Positions 23,167 to 34,329 of a stretch of 34,955 nt of DNA are shown here, in pieces. The stretch lies in NCBI RefSeq assembly GCF_001194135.2, contig NC_068986.1:24109909-24144863 (forward strand). The letters run 5' to 3'. Below the pieces are notes generated by a model. The model was not told the DNA's origin, did not search any database, and was given only the letters and a program-made list of their open reading frames with translations. A program made the position numbers and the translations under genes. Each line of letters opens with the position of its first letter. The stretch's first letter is position 1. Source of the DNA: Octopus bimaculoides (lineage: Eukaryota).

Positions 23167-24216
23167 AGATATACATCCTCAATAGTAGAACATTAAGATT
23201 AATCGATCGATTCTATCATAAATCTTTTGAATTAAGTGATCGATTCTATGAAGAAACATATTTCTAGTTTACAGTTACATACACTCAAACAGATATATTA
23301 ACATACTCGGATTCACGTACGCATACACACTGACAAACACACACATAGATACACACGCATACACACACATATACACACACGCACACACACACATACCTAT
23401 ATATATATATACATACAACATATATATATGTTTATATATGCATATATATACATATATATATACACGCATGTATTTATGTTCGTATGTCTATATATATATA
23501 TATATATATATNNNNNNNNNNNNNNNNNNNNNNNNNNNNNNNNNNNNNNNNNNNNNNNNNNNNNNNNNNNNNNNNNNNNNNNNNNNNNNNNNNNNNNNNN
23601 NNNNNNNNNNNNNNNNNNNNNNNNNNNNNNNNNNNNNNNNNNNNNNNNNNNNNNNNNNNNNNNNNNNNNNNNNNNNNNNNNNNNNNNNNNNNNNNNNNNN
23701 NNNNNNNNNNNNNNNNNNNNNNNNNNNNNNNNNNNNNNNNNNNNNNNNNNNNNNNNNNNNNNNNNNNNNNNNNNNNNNNNNNNNNNNNNNNNNNNNNNNN
23801 NNNNNNNNNNNNNNNNNNNNNNNNNNNNNNNNNNNNNNNNNNNNNNNNNNNNNNNNNNNNNNNNNNNNNNNNNNNNNNNNNNNNNNNNNNNNNNNNNNNN
23901 NNNNNNNNNNNNNNNNNNNNNAGATATACATCCTCAATAGTAGAACATTAAGATTAATCGATCGATTCTATCATAAATCTTTTGAATTAAGTGATCGATT
24001 CTATGAAGAAACATATTTCTAGTTTACAGTTACATACACTCAAACAGATATATTAACATACTCGGATTCACGTACGCATACACACTGACAAACACACACA
24101 TAGATACACACGCATACACACACATATACACACACGCACACACACACATACCTATATATATATATACATACAACATATATATATGTTTATATATGCATAT
24201 ATATACATATATATAC
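23167..24216. repeat. About 295-bp direct duplication flanking gap 23512-23921 (23167-23462 vs 23922-24216)
   Basis: Post-gap sequence AGATATACATCCTCAATAG is identical to 23167 onward. Confidence 0.9.
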
Positions 24217-24472
24217 GCATGTGTGCGAGGATATTCCTTTCCCTTGAAAAGCACCACTGTATCTGAAATTCTTTAAATATGCTGAAAGATCCTAATGCAA
24301 ACTGTCATAATGATACATAATCAAAAACGTCCCAGGTCTGGGGTTACATGGGGCAATATAATGATGTATAAAGAAGGGTAGTGACCTACCTTACAGAGAA
24401 TAAAAACTATTGTGGAATAATAGAAGAATGCGTATTTAGCGACTGAAGTACTGCAAAATATTTCTCTATCAT

Positions 24473-26200
24473 GGGCGCAGGTGTTGCTTACCGCTCTCCT
24501 TGTTGGACGTGTTTTGTTTGTCGGTGAGTCAGGCGTTTTGTTGGAGCTTTGATTTTCGTTGGATTTATTAACTGTTTATCGTTGTTGAACATTGTTGAAT
24601 TGTTGAACATTATTGAATTATTGAACTTTGAACATTTTTTGTGCTGTCTCCCAGTGACGGGAGATAGGAATTGCCTTTAGTCGTGTTTTTGCTGGTGAGA
24701 ATTTTTTAATATTTGTTGAAATATTTGTTGAAATTGTTAATAGTTTTGGAATTATTATTCGTTGAAATGTTGTTGACTGTTCTACTATTACACTGTGAAC
24801 TTTTATGAACTGTGCTGTCTCCCGGTGCCGGGGGGCAGAATATTTAATATTTGTGAGGCCAGTTTGGCAATTTGCTGACTTTGTTGGGAAAAAAACAAAT
24901 TGAACGTTGTTTAAGCCTTTGTAGGTTTAACTCCTGCGTCCTCCCCCCGGCAGGGGCCTTATTTGAACTGTTGTACACTTTAAAGGAAAAATATCTGCAA
25001 CAAAAGATTTACGCAAAAAAACAAAGAGAATTATAGGTTTCCAGTTTTGAGGAAATATTTTGTTCCTGTATAATACTGATTGTAGCCGAGTATGTCAGAG
25101 GAAACTGTGCAAAAAGATCGTCCTACTGAAGTGAGCAACGAACAACCGTTGAGGAGGTTCGCTGCGGTTGCCACAGGGGCAACTGAAAACATTGAAATCC
25201 CAGAATAGAAGTTCGGAGAGCTGTTCAGCAGAATGAAAGAGGAGGGTGGTGAGGTTAAGATTTCACCCTCCTCCAACGTTGATGACTTGCGGAAACGGAC
25301 AGTCGTTTGTAAGACTTACTGTCCGGAAACCAAGAAATTCAAGCATTTTGAGCAGGAAAAAGTAAAAAAGCGTCTGTCCCCAATGTGGAAGGACATAACA
25401 TATGTTGCAAGGGGCTGAACATATGGCACGATTATGGCCAGATTTACAACGGAAAAAACGGGTCCAAGAGTACTCAGTGAGCCCCCCCCCCTGAAAACGA
25501 AGAAGGTGGTGCTTCTGCCAACCTACATGGGGAGACGGACAGCCCGTGTTAAGGTGGCAGGGTCCTATCATCGACATTGTGCCACCTACTTCCCTTAACA
25601 TGGAAAGGAAGGCTTGCATTTTCTGCGTAGTAGCCATACTGAAAGAAACAGTATGGAAGACGCGTGTGAAAGGTATAGTGACGGGTACCTTTGTATCCGG
25701 CCAGGGGCTGGTTAACCTTTTTAGTTACCACCTCAACAGTAAAATCAGGCTGGAGAACAGGAACCTGTCACGAGATAGATTCATGAAAAGATGGATGCAT
25801 GTGGCAATAAAGCTGAGAGAAATTGGAACCAGGTAGGTGGAAGTCCAGAAAGGAAGAGGAAAGAGAGAGCAAGGGTTCTACCCTGGTGGTGGGATGCTTC
25901 TCCTTCAGAGAAGATACCGGATAATTGTAACTGATACAGTGTTAAAATTTTTCATGGTAAATATTATATAAGAAATATTTGATCGATAGTAGCAGCTACT
26001 ACACATTTTTATGTTTTCTGTCTTGTTTGTCCCCACTTTCTAAGGTGTGAAATAAAGTAGATTGCTTACCAAGCACATGGTTCCGGGTTCAGTCCCACTG
26101 CGTGGCAACTTGTGCAAGCGTCATCTAGTATTGCCTCAAACCGACCAAAGTCTTGTAAGTGGATTTGGTAGTAGCAAAAATATCACAAAGACTGTAACTC
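24473..26200 (+). mobile_element. Host SINE split in two (24473-24492 and 26058-about 26200) by the Tx1-like insertion
   Basis: Left: GGGCGCAGGTG-TTGCTTACC. Right: TAGA-TTGCTTACC-AAGCACATGGTTCCGGGTTCAGTCCCACTGCGTGGC, the B-box-like region and SINE body. Confidence 0.75.
24493..26057 (+). mobile_element. Internally deleted L1/Tx1-like LINE: 5' UTR + ORF1 N-terminus + ORF2 C-terminus + 3' UTR, with TSD TTGCTTACC
   Basis: TSD 24484-24492 / 26062-26070. Broken ORF from ATG 25092 (MSEETVQK...KTKKVVLLPTYMGRRTARVKV). Out-of-frame junction near 25562 to IDIVPPTSLNMERKACIFCVVAILKETVWKTRVKG...FSYHLNSKIRLE...RFMKRWMHVA* (stop 25834-36), a Tx1 ORF2 C-terminus. Ends ...TTTGTCCCC...AATAAAG. Confidence 0.75.
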
Positions 26201-26622
26201 AAAGTTTCACGCTCCCGTTCGTCGGACACAAAACTGTCTATCTATTTACCTGTCTATCTCGATATATTCTTACATATGTGTGCATGTGTGTGTGTACGCA
26301 CGCACACGTATGTGTATCGAAATTCTCGTAAATAAAAAGTGGCTGTATCAAGGATGGTTCATATTATGATTAAGACACCAAAAATGTCCAAAAATATTTG
26401 GTCCTCCAGATGAAAAATGCACCTAAAGCAAAAATTTTCCATTTCAATCACTAACACTAATCTCCATGTTCCAAGGTGTTATCACTGTCTGATCTTGGCC
26501 CTATCGGTCACGACCTTTGCGAGGCAAGACCCCCTCGGTGAGCACATTTTGAGTTTTCGGCCATTACCATCGTTCGTTTTCTTGTGGATACTGTATGTTT
26601 TGAAACGTACAATATTTGAAAC

Positions 26623-26876
26623 ATGGTATCGCTTCCGCACCTGCCTTATTCGTCAGATATAATGCCTGCAGACACCCAACTATTCCCGAAGATAAAAATG
26701 CAGCTCAAAGGTCGTCGTTTTAACGCCATTGTTGACATCCAGAGCGTATCACAGAAGGTCCTCGACTCACTAATGGAAAACGATTTCTAGGCTGGATTCC
26801 AAAAGCGCCAAGAACGCCGGAACCACTGTATTGCTGCACAATGTGACTTTTTCGAAGGTGATGATGTTAAAACTGA

Positions 26877-26916
<40 letters not shown>

Positions 26917-27726
26917 NNNNNNNNNNNNNNNNNNNNNNNNNNNNNNNNNNNNNNNNNNNNNNNNNNNNNNNNNNNNNNNNNNNNNNNNNNNNNNNNNNNN
27001 NNNNNNNNNNNNNNNNNNNNNNNNNNNNNNNNNNNNNNNNNNNNNNNNNNNNNNNNNNNNNNNNNNNNNNNNNNNNNNNNNNNNNNNNNNNNNNNNNNNN
27101 NNNNNNNNNNNNNNNNNNNNNNNNNNNNNNNNNNNNNNNNNNNNNNNNNNNNNNNNNNNNNNNNNNNNNNNNNNNNNNNNNNNNNNNNNNNNNNNNNNNN
27201 NNNNNNNNNNNNNNNNNNNNNNNNNNNNNNNNNNNNNNNNNNNNNNNNNNNNNNNNNNNNNNNNNNNNNNNNNNNNNNNNNNNNNNNNNNNNNNNNNNNN
27301 NNNNNNNNNNNNNNNNNNNNNNNNNNNNNNNNNNNNNNNNNNNNNNNNNNNNNNNNNNNNNNNNNNNNNNNNNNNNNNNNNNNNNNNNNNNNNNNNNNNN
27401 NNNNNNNNNNNNNNNNNNNNNNNNNNNNNNNNNNNNNNNNNNNNNNNNNNNNNNNNNNNNNNNNNNNNNNNNNNNNNNNNNNNNNNNNNNNNNNNNNNNN
27501 NNNNNNNNNNNNNNNNNNNNNNNNNNNNNNNNNNNNNNNNNNNNNNNNNNNNNNNNNNNNNNNNNNNNNNNNNNNNNNNNNNNNNNNNNNNNNNNNNNNN
27601 NNNNNNNNNNNNNNNNNNNNNNNNNNNNNNNNNNNNNNNNNNNNNNNNNNNNNNNNNNNNNNNNNNNNNNNNNNNNNNNNNNNNNNNNNNNNNNNNNNNN
27701 NNNNNNNNNNNNNNNNNNNNNNNNNN

Positions 27727-27761
<35 letters not shown>

Positions 27762-27800
27762 AATATAACCAGTCCGGGTACTTTTTGACGCCATTTCATA
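26623..27800 (+). mobile_element. Mariner C-terminal fragment with right TIR beyond a (TA)n/gap
   Basis: MVSLPHLPYSSDIMPADTQLFPKIKMQLKGRRF...DF*AGFQKRQERRNHCIAAQCDFFEGD at 26623-26866; TIR-like TCCGGGTACTTTTTGACGCCATTTCA + TA at 27773-27800. Gap 26917-27726. Weak homology may extend left to about 26350. Confidence 0.8.
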
Positions 27801-28647
27801 ACATAGAAAGCATGCCGCATATTCAAAGCTTCCAAGATGTGTGCATGAATGCCAATGACATATGTGCCAATTCAACACCCTCGAAGCACTAAGAATATCT
27901 TCTACCCATATCGGGGTTTGTTAAATCCAGGGAAATTTTTATTTCAATGACTAGGGACATTTTTTAGAATAGACATTAGATTAAGAAATACCGTATGGCG
28001 GCTTTAAGCTCACATGTTTCATTTTATATTAGACAATTTCATATACTTGGTAGTTGGAGGGGCTGCATGTTGATATTAAGCATGTAGTTGTATTTTTCTG
28101 ATAGATTTAAGGTACTTAGCAGGATGCAGGTCGTTTTTAAATAATCAATAAACCAGGTATCGGGTAAGGTAGTTGCGGAAGAACTACTGAATTCAAACGC
28201 TTAGGGTTGCATTCATATTTTCTAAGCACGTTAATAAAAACACAGCTATTACTATGGTCAGTGCATTATTGCCATACATATTTTGTTGCATACATTAATT
28301 TTGCTCAGTAATTAGGTTTCTACATGGCTGAGCTCTTTGATTTATGAAGTTTTACCTTGGACAATATTACAAGTTGAAATTCATTTATTATTCGCTGTAT
28401 TTCACTTCTAAAATGTTATTTTGTTGTTGGTTATTTTTCGATTTAAATAGAGATAATTACATTTCTGATTCAGAGAGGTTTTCTTAATAAAAGAGAGATC
28501 TGTGAAAATAAGTACATAAAGTGTATATATATATATATACGAAAATGTGCACATGCACACTTGAACGGTTATGCACATACACATCAGTAATTTAAAAACC
28601 AATGGAAACCTAATTTCCTTACTTTGACCGAAGTGATCAAATTCCAC

Positions 28648-28713
28648 TATATGTATGTATGGATATATATATGAATATATATATGTATGCATGTGTGTAT
28701 ATATGTATGTATG

Positions 28714-28750
<37 letters not shown>

Positions 28751-28769
28751 ATATATATATATATATATA
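28648..28769. repeat. (TA)n/(TATG)n microsatellite
   Basis: Direct inspection. Confidence 0.9.
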
Positions 28770-29821
28770 CTTGAATAAGAAGAATAAAAAAGACTGTATT
28801 CTAGTATAGATATATGGGCATTTGCGTATGAGATTGTGTGGGTGCGTGTCTATATGTGCCATTATGTGTGCATGAGTGTGTTATTACAGAAACAGCGTGT
28901 TTGTGGGCGTGTGCGTACGTGATGCTGGAATTGCATGCGCTTGTGAATAGTGTGTGCGCGCGCGAGTATGTGGTTGAAGTCTTTGAATGTCTGTACGCCG
29001 GAATAAAAACAGCTGGATGCCTAACTATTTCGATATTGGAAATATTTTAAAATCATGATGTGTTAAATTTTCAGGTAAGAAATAGACATATCTGCTGAGT
29101 CAGATTGTCATATATCGTGAACGTTAAAGGTTACTAAGGATTGATGATATAGTGGAATATATAGGGAAGCAGAATTATTTTTTGAGGCAGAAATTTCTAC
29201 AGATATTCATACCTACATAAACAGTAATGATGCAAATACATACTTTTGTACTAAAATTCAAGCATGTTCACCTCCAGTGCTTGCTTATCTATATATACAG
29301 ATATAACTCCATACATTAATTCACACAACCACAAGATATCTCTTGACTAAAACCTAAGATCGTTGCTACTTTGTTAGAAATCGAATTGAAATATATGCCC
29401 TTGAAACGGCAGGAAGATTAAAATAATAAAGTGTATAAAATCTATAATGAATATACAAATGTAGAATGATCTGGATGCAATATTATGCATCGGAAAAAAC
29501 CGTCAAGCTCCTCTGAGACAAAATATTGCTGCTAACGGCATTTTATGAATGTATATACATTATAAATGTTATGCATATCGACATGCGCGCGCCCTTGTGT
29601 GTGTGTGAGAGAAGAAATGAAAGATAGGTATATTCAGCATACTTACTTGGAGTTACATGTATGTAGTGACAGTGTGAGGCAGACTGATATTACTTTTGTG
29701 AACTTAGAACAGCCACAGATATTTTGTGACAGAGTGGAGTAGATTTTATAGAAATATATATTGGTCAGTTCAGGTCACATGTTTGTTTTTGCTATTATAT
29801 GATCATTAATTTGACTGGCAG

Positions 29822-29910
29822 GTCCTAGTGATGGAATTGACAGGATGTTAGAAATACTTTGGAGTCACTATTTCAGCTACAACAGCTCATTATATTGCAT
29901 AGTGCACGCG
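29822..29910 (+). CDS. Candidate internal coding exon of an unidentified gene (unproven)
   Basis: TTTGACTGGCAG| ... |GTAAAG; only one frame is open: (G)PSDGIDRMLEILWSHYFSYNSSLYCIVHA. No homolog recognised. Confidence 0.2.
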
Positions 29911-30047
29911 GTAAAGCAAACTAGTTGTTGTCGTCAGTTGCTCGTAATTGTGTGGTACGGTATTATAGCAACAAGTACTGTCTTCTAAGAAGTAAAATGA
30001 TTTTATAATGTAACACATTACTTTATGTAACATACATAAATTATATT

Positions 30048-30151
30048 AGTTAAGCCATTCTGTGACAGTTAAGCCATTCTATGACAGTTAAGCCATTCTG
30101 CGACAGTTAAGCCATTCTGCGACAGTTAAGCCATTCTATGACGGCTAAGCC
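30048..30151. repeat. 19-bp minisatellite, about 5.5 copies of AGTTAAGCCATTCTRYGAC
   Basis: Units start at 30048, 30067, 30086, 30105, 30124, with a partial unit at 30143. Confidence 0.95.
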
Positions 30152-31105
30152 AAACAAGTGAATCAGTTCGGACTGGTTTGGAGCGTATTGACTTCTGATG
30201 GCAACAATTCTGTAGGTTGGTAGGGTATGTGCAGTTCTCACGGAAGCAGAGTTGGCAATTACGATCAACAAATGGCTAAGAAGGGAGCCTGTCAAACCTC
30301 CTCTATGTGTTTGTGGAAACCAGCATTTATGCCTTCGGAGTCTCATCCCGAAAGTTTCGGATGAAGCGCAAGAGGTGGGTGGGGGGGATTTCGCTGTTCT
30401 TACACCTAAAGATATGCCTGTGTTGCATGCATCTCCCCTAAAGTTTCTTGTTCTGTAGTACTTCGTAAGGCCATCAGATGTAAGTGTGGATCCTCCCAGT
30501 ATGTAGTTACTAGGATTTCGACATTACCAGGATCTGTGTAGGATGAAGAGAGTGTTGATGCGTGTTTGTGTCTATTGTAGCACACAATTTTGAAAGCAAT
30601 GTTATCTAATCATAAATAACAAAAATTAGATCATATGGAAAGTAAAGACTTTCTGGTGTCTAGTGATTTTTTGGATGTGTTTTATAATTAAGATGAGGAA
30701 GCTCCTAGTTATATTATTAGAAAGAACTAGATTGACTCGAGGGTTAAACCAGACACCAGCTTCTCTCGTCTTTTTAAGTGTTGTAGTTTGCACTCCATTT
30801 ATATTAACTTATTTGTAGATCCACTCTTCGCTAGTGTCTTATTATAGTGAGGTGATGTCTTGTTGAAAATCTCTCTGTTTGCCGTTAGATATGGAGATCC
30901 TACTGCTGGCTGGTCCGTTGGACTAGATTTCTAATTACTTTTGGATGTGTTTGGAGTGCTTCTGAAGATAAATCGTTTCTTTATTGGATTTTCTGTCAAT
31001 TGAAGTATTCGCTCGTTTCTAGGACTGTAGGGTTAGTTTTGGGATGTCAGCTTGAGTTAAGTGGGAAGTAACATTTCTGGTTCAGTCGATTTCTAGCGAC
31101 CCTAA
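30152..31105 (-). mobile_element. Degraded Penelope-like element (Neptune-type RT thumb/linker and probable GIY-YIG region)
   Basis: Minus-strand ANREIFNKTSPHYNKTLAKSG and GVWFNPRVNLVLSNNITRSFLILIIKH (WFNP at 30740-30751) match the PLE linker IFN.A.P.YN.AL..SG / IWFNPPFS..V.TNIG..FL.LIDKHF. Downstream ETFGMRLRRHKCWF...LLSHL is GIY-YIG-like but weak. Confidence 0.75.
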
Positions 31106-31139
31106 GTTTGAAAGAAACTTCAATAGAAAAAACAAACAT

Positions 31140-31329
31140 ATAGATATGTATTTATGTATGTATGTATGTATGTATGTATGTATATATGTATATAATGTGT
31201 CTGTATGTATGCATGTATGTATGTATGTATGTATATATGTATGTATATATGTATGTATATATGTATGTATATAATGTGTGTGTATGTATTTATGTATATA
31301 TGTATATAATGTGTGTGTATGTATGTATG

Positions 31330-31388
<59 letters not shown>

Positions 31389-32097
31389 NNNNNNNNNNNN
31401 NNNNNNNNNNNNNNNNNNNNNNNNNNNNNNNNNNNNNNNNNNNNNNNNNNNNNNNNNNNNNNNNNNNNNNNNNNNNNNNNNNNNNNNNNNNNNNNNNNNN
31501 NNNNNNNNNNNNNNNNNNNNNNNNNNNNNNNNNNNNNNNNNNNNNNNNNNNNNNNNNNNNNNNNNNNNNNNNNNNNNNNNNNNNNNNNNNNNNNNNNNNN
31601 NNNNNNNNNNNNNNNNNNNNNNNNNNNNNNNNNNNNNNNNNNNNNNNNNNNNNNNNNNNNNNNNNNNNNNNNNNNNNNNNNNNNNNNNNNNNNNNNNNNN
31701 NNNNNNNNNNNNNNNNNNNNNNNNNNNNNNNNNNNNNNNNNNNNNNNNNNNNNNNNNNNNNNNNNNNNNNNNNNNNNNNNNNNNNNNNNNNNNNNNNNNN
31801 NNNNNNNNNNNNNNNNNNNNNNNNNNNNNNNNNNNNNNNNNNNNNNNNNNNNNNNNNNNNNNNNNNNNNNNNNNNNNNNNNNNNNNNNNNNNNNNNNNNN
31901 NNNNNNNNNNNNNNNNNNNNNNNNNNNNNNNNNNNNNNNNNNNNNNNNNNNNNNNNNNNNNNNNNNNNNNNNNNNNNNNNNNNNNNNNNNNNNNNNNNNN
32001 NNNNNNNNNNNNNNNNNNNNNNNNNNNNNNNNNNNNNNNNNNNNNNNNNNNNNNNNNNNNNNNNNNNNNNNNNNNNNNNNNNNNNNNNNNNNNNNNN
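31140..32097. repeat. (TATG)n/(TA)n microsatellite running into gap 31389-32097
   Basis: Direct inspection. Confidence 0.95.
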
Positions 32098-32168
<71 letters not shown>

Positions 32169-32191
32169 GTAGGTAGATAGATAGATAGATA
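32098..32191. repeat. (GATA)n microsatellite
   Basis: Direct inspection. Confidence 0.95.
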
Positions 32192-32850
32192 TGTTTCTTT
32201 ATTGGCCTACGGGGCTGAACACAGAGGGGACAAAATACAAAGTAGAGCTTTTCTTTTGAGAAGGTAAGAAAAAAAAAGAGAGGGGATAGAAATTCGAGGA
32301 AAAGGGATCGTGGAAAGAAGGAAAAGAAGACAACAAGGGAGCCAATCAGTAGGGATCGTGTATCACAGAAATGTCATAATATAAAAGGGGAAACATATTA
32401 GGTTTACCCGTGGAAAGAAATGTCTACGGAAAAGACCACGGTAACGTCAGGCAATAATGTCATGCATAAAACACATTACAGTGACTCTCATTTTTCCTTC
32501 TTTTTCTGGTTTATAGGATTATGCTTAAGGTGGCTCCGTCAATGCTTATGGTGGCTCTGTCATTCACACGTGCCATCCTTGCTACATTCACCCATATTTA
32601 TTTGAAACATCCACTACACAAAACTTTCCTCCCTCCTCTCATCTTCCTCTTCAAGGGATGCTTGAAGAAATTGATGAGAGATTCACCAGAGAGGAAAGTG
32701 TTTGTCTCTAGGCCTTTCAGACGCGTTCACCATACACATTCTTTAGCCATAGCCACAAGTACGACGAAAATGGCTCTTCGTTCCCGTTTCGGGAAGGAAG
32801 CACGACAATATTCACGATAAAAACACTCCTTTAACACTCCACCACTACCC
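32192..32850 (-). mobile_element. 5'-truncated L1/Tx1-like LINE 3' end (second family)
   Basis: Minus-strand AIFVVLVAMAKECVW*TRLKGLETNTFLSGESLINFFKHPLKRKMR...WVNVARMARVN is homologous to ORF 25546-25836; 3' end TTTGTCCCC...AATAAAG (AATAAA at 32198-32203) followed by (TATC)n. Confidence 0.85.
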
Positions 32851-32869
32851 AGCTTCACTCCCAATCAAG

Positions 32870-33120
32870 TATCTTGTGTTGACCATTCACAACTTTCTTT
32901 CAGCTATCATTCATCAACAGTCTTTCACTCCCACACTGATTAACAAACCCCAAACACATCCAAATCCCATATGTATAATCACAAAGCAAGTCCTAACATC
33001 TGTTTCACAACCAATGCGGGAAAGTTCTCTAAAGAAATTAACAAGAATTTTTTTTCTTAAATTCTCGACACCCATGTTAACAAAGAACTTACTAGATCTA
33101 TGCACTAAAGTTAATATTAT
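32870..33120 (+). mobile_element. Possible heavily degraded PLE linker fragment
   Basis: Frameshifted SVS/TNAGKFSKEINKNF resembles the PLE V.TN.GK.FL..I.KHF motif; weak. Confidence 0.3.
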
Positions 33121-33188
33121 TAAAAAGTAAAAATAATAAATTAAGCTGATTAGAACTACCAGTGAATTCATTCTTTTTCGTTTTTGAA

Positions 33189-33254
33189 ATATATATATAT
33201 ATATATATATATATTCTGTGGTGAATCTTTAACTTCATATACGTACAGAGATGC

Positions 33255-33329
<75 letters not shown>

Positions 33330-33330
33330 C
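33189..33330. repeat. Two (TA)n microsatellites
   Basis: Direct inspection. Confidence 0.9.
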
Positions 33331-34278
33331 ATATATTTGTGTGTGTGCGTGTGTGCGTGTGCGTTTATGCGTGAGTATGTACACACATATGTATGTACGT
33401 ATGTGAAATTAATAATTTACCGCGGAATTAGCATTTCATGTAACCGTAAACATTGGCTTCAAAACTCCTGAAAGTAGAGATAAATTTCATATTTGCAAGT
33501 TGAAACTTTACGTAATGTACCACACACTCATTATCTTCTTAATTACATGCTGCACAAAATATAGTGAGTGCTGTTCTCTTTCATTTGTACAGATAAATCT
33601 GTACGTCATTTAAAGTCTGGAGAATTTAAAACTGCTCCCCAAATGAAATTCGTCAAATGCATGTAGAGATAACTTTCACTGCAGATATTATAATCTCAGA
33701 ATAAAATTCTCTTCAGAGACGATGTTGTTCACCACACATCATCGGTTACGAACAATGTCATCACATTGTAGGCAGCACACGTTTCTGTGTCACTAGGCCT
33801 CTACACATACCCATACTAAAACACTCTTCGATGTATGTTTTCTACTATCCGATAACGTCCTTCATTGCTCAATAATTTATTTTCATACATATTTTCTATA
33901 AGGAGAATATACTCGCGAGACTATTTCCGCACCGATAGCACTTCTCACATCCCAATACACACGAACTTGTTAGATGTTTGTACTGTATATAATTTCTCCA
34001 ATGTTGCTTCGTGTGATTCTAGTTAATTTTATGAGTGTTAATTCTTTTGTTTGTCGCTTTCGATTGTCCTGGTTTCTTGTTTTATGGAGATGTGTTTTAT
34101 AGCTGTTGTGTAGTTCAGTATGCTAATTCGTCACTTGCACTACCTTTCACGCTTGCGCACAAACACAGACACACAGATATGACAAGAGAGAGAAGAAAGC
34201 ACAGAGGTTAGCTCTTTTTATTTGTCACACGGTATTATGAGAATCAATCTATAATTTTCTTTTATTTTTCTTTTATAG

Positions 34279-34329
34279 GGAGCAGTAAATGCTGCTTTAA
34301 GAGAAGTTAATTCGTTTAACGATGACTAA
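34279..34329 (+). CDS. Candidate terminal coding exon (unproven)
   Basis: Long pyrimidine tract TTTTCTTTTATTTTTCTTTTATAG| then GAVNAALREVNSFNDD*; phase-compatible with 29822-29910. Confidence 0.2.
   Translation, partial: GAVNAALREVNSFNDD

Noticed and set aside
5941-24450. Phase-compatible minus-strand exon chain (about 24390-24450, 19661-19722, 13799-13848, 5941-6031) with GTAAG-type donors
   Set aside because: GTAAGT-type sites occur at roughly chance frequency in this composition, several alternative frames fit equally well, and the joined peptides match nothing I recognise. RNA-seq would be needed.
24644-24666. CAGTGA loop resembling an iron-responsive element
   Set aside because: With CAGTGA as the loop the closing pair would be C-C; the IRE geometry (5-bp upper stem plus bulged C) is not met.
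30048-30151. Regular direct repeats considered as CRISPR or telomeric array
   Set aside because: Units are contiguous with no spacers, there are no cas genes, the context is eukaryotic, and the unit is not a TTAGGG-type repeat.
1747-32108. Long ORFs in the supplied track containing X runs
   Set aside because: Artefacts of translating N gaps and TA/CA repeats.
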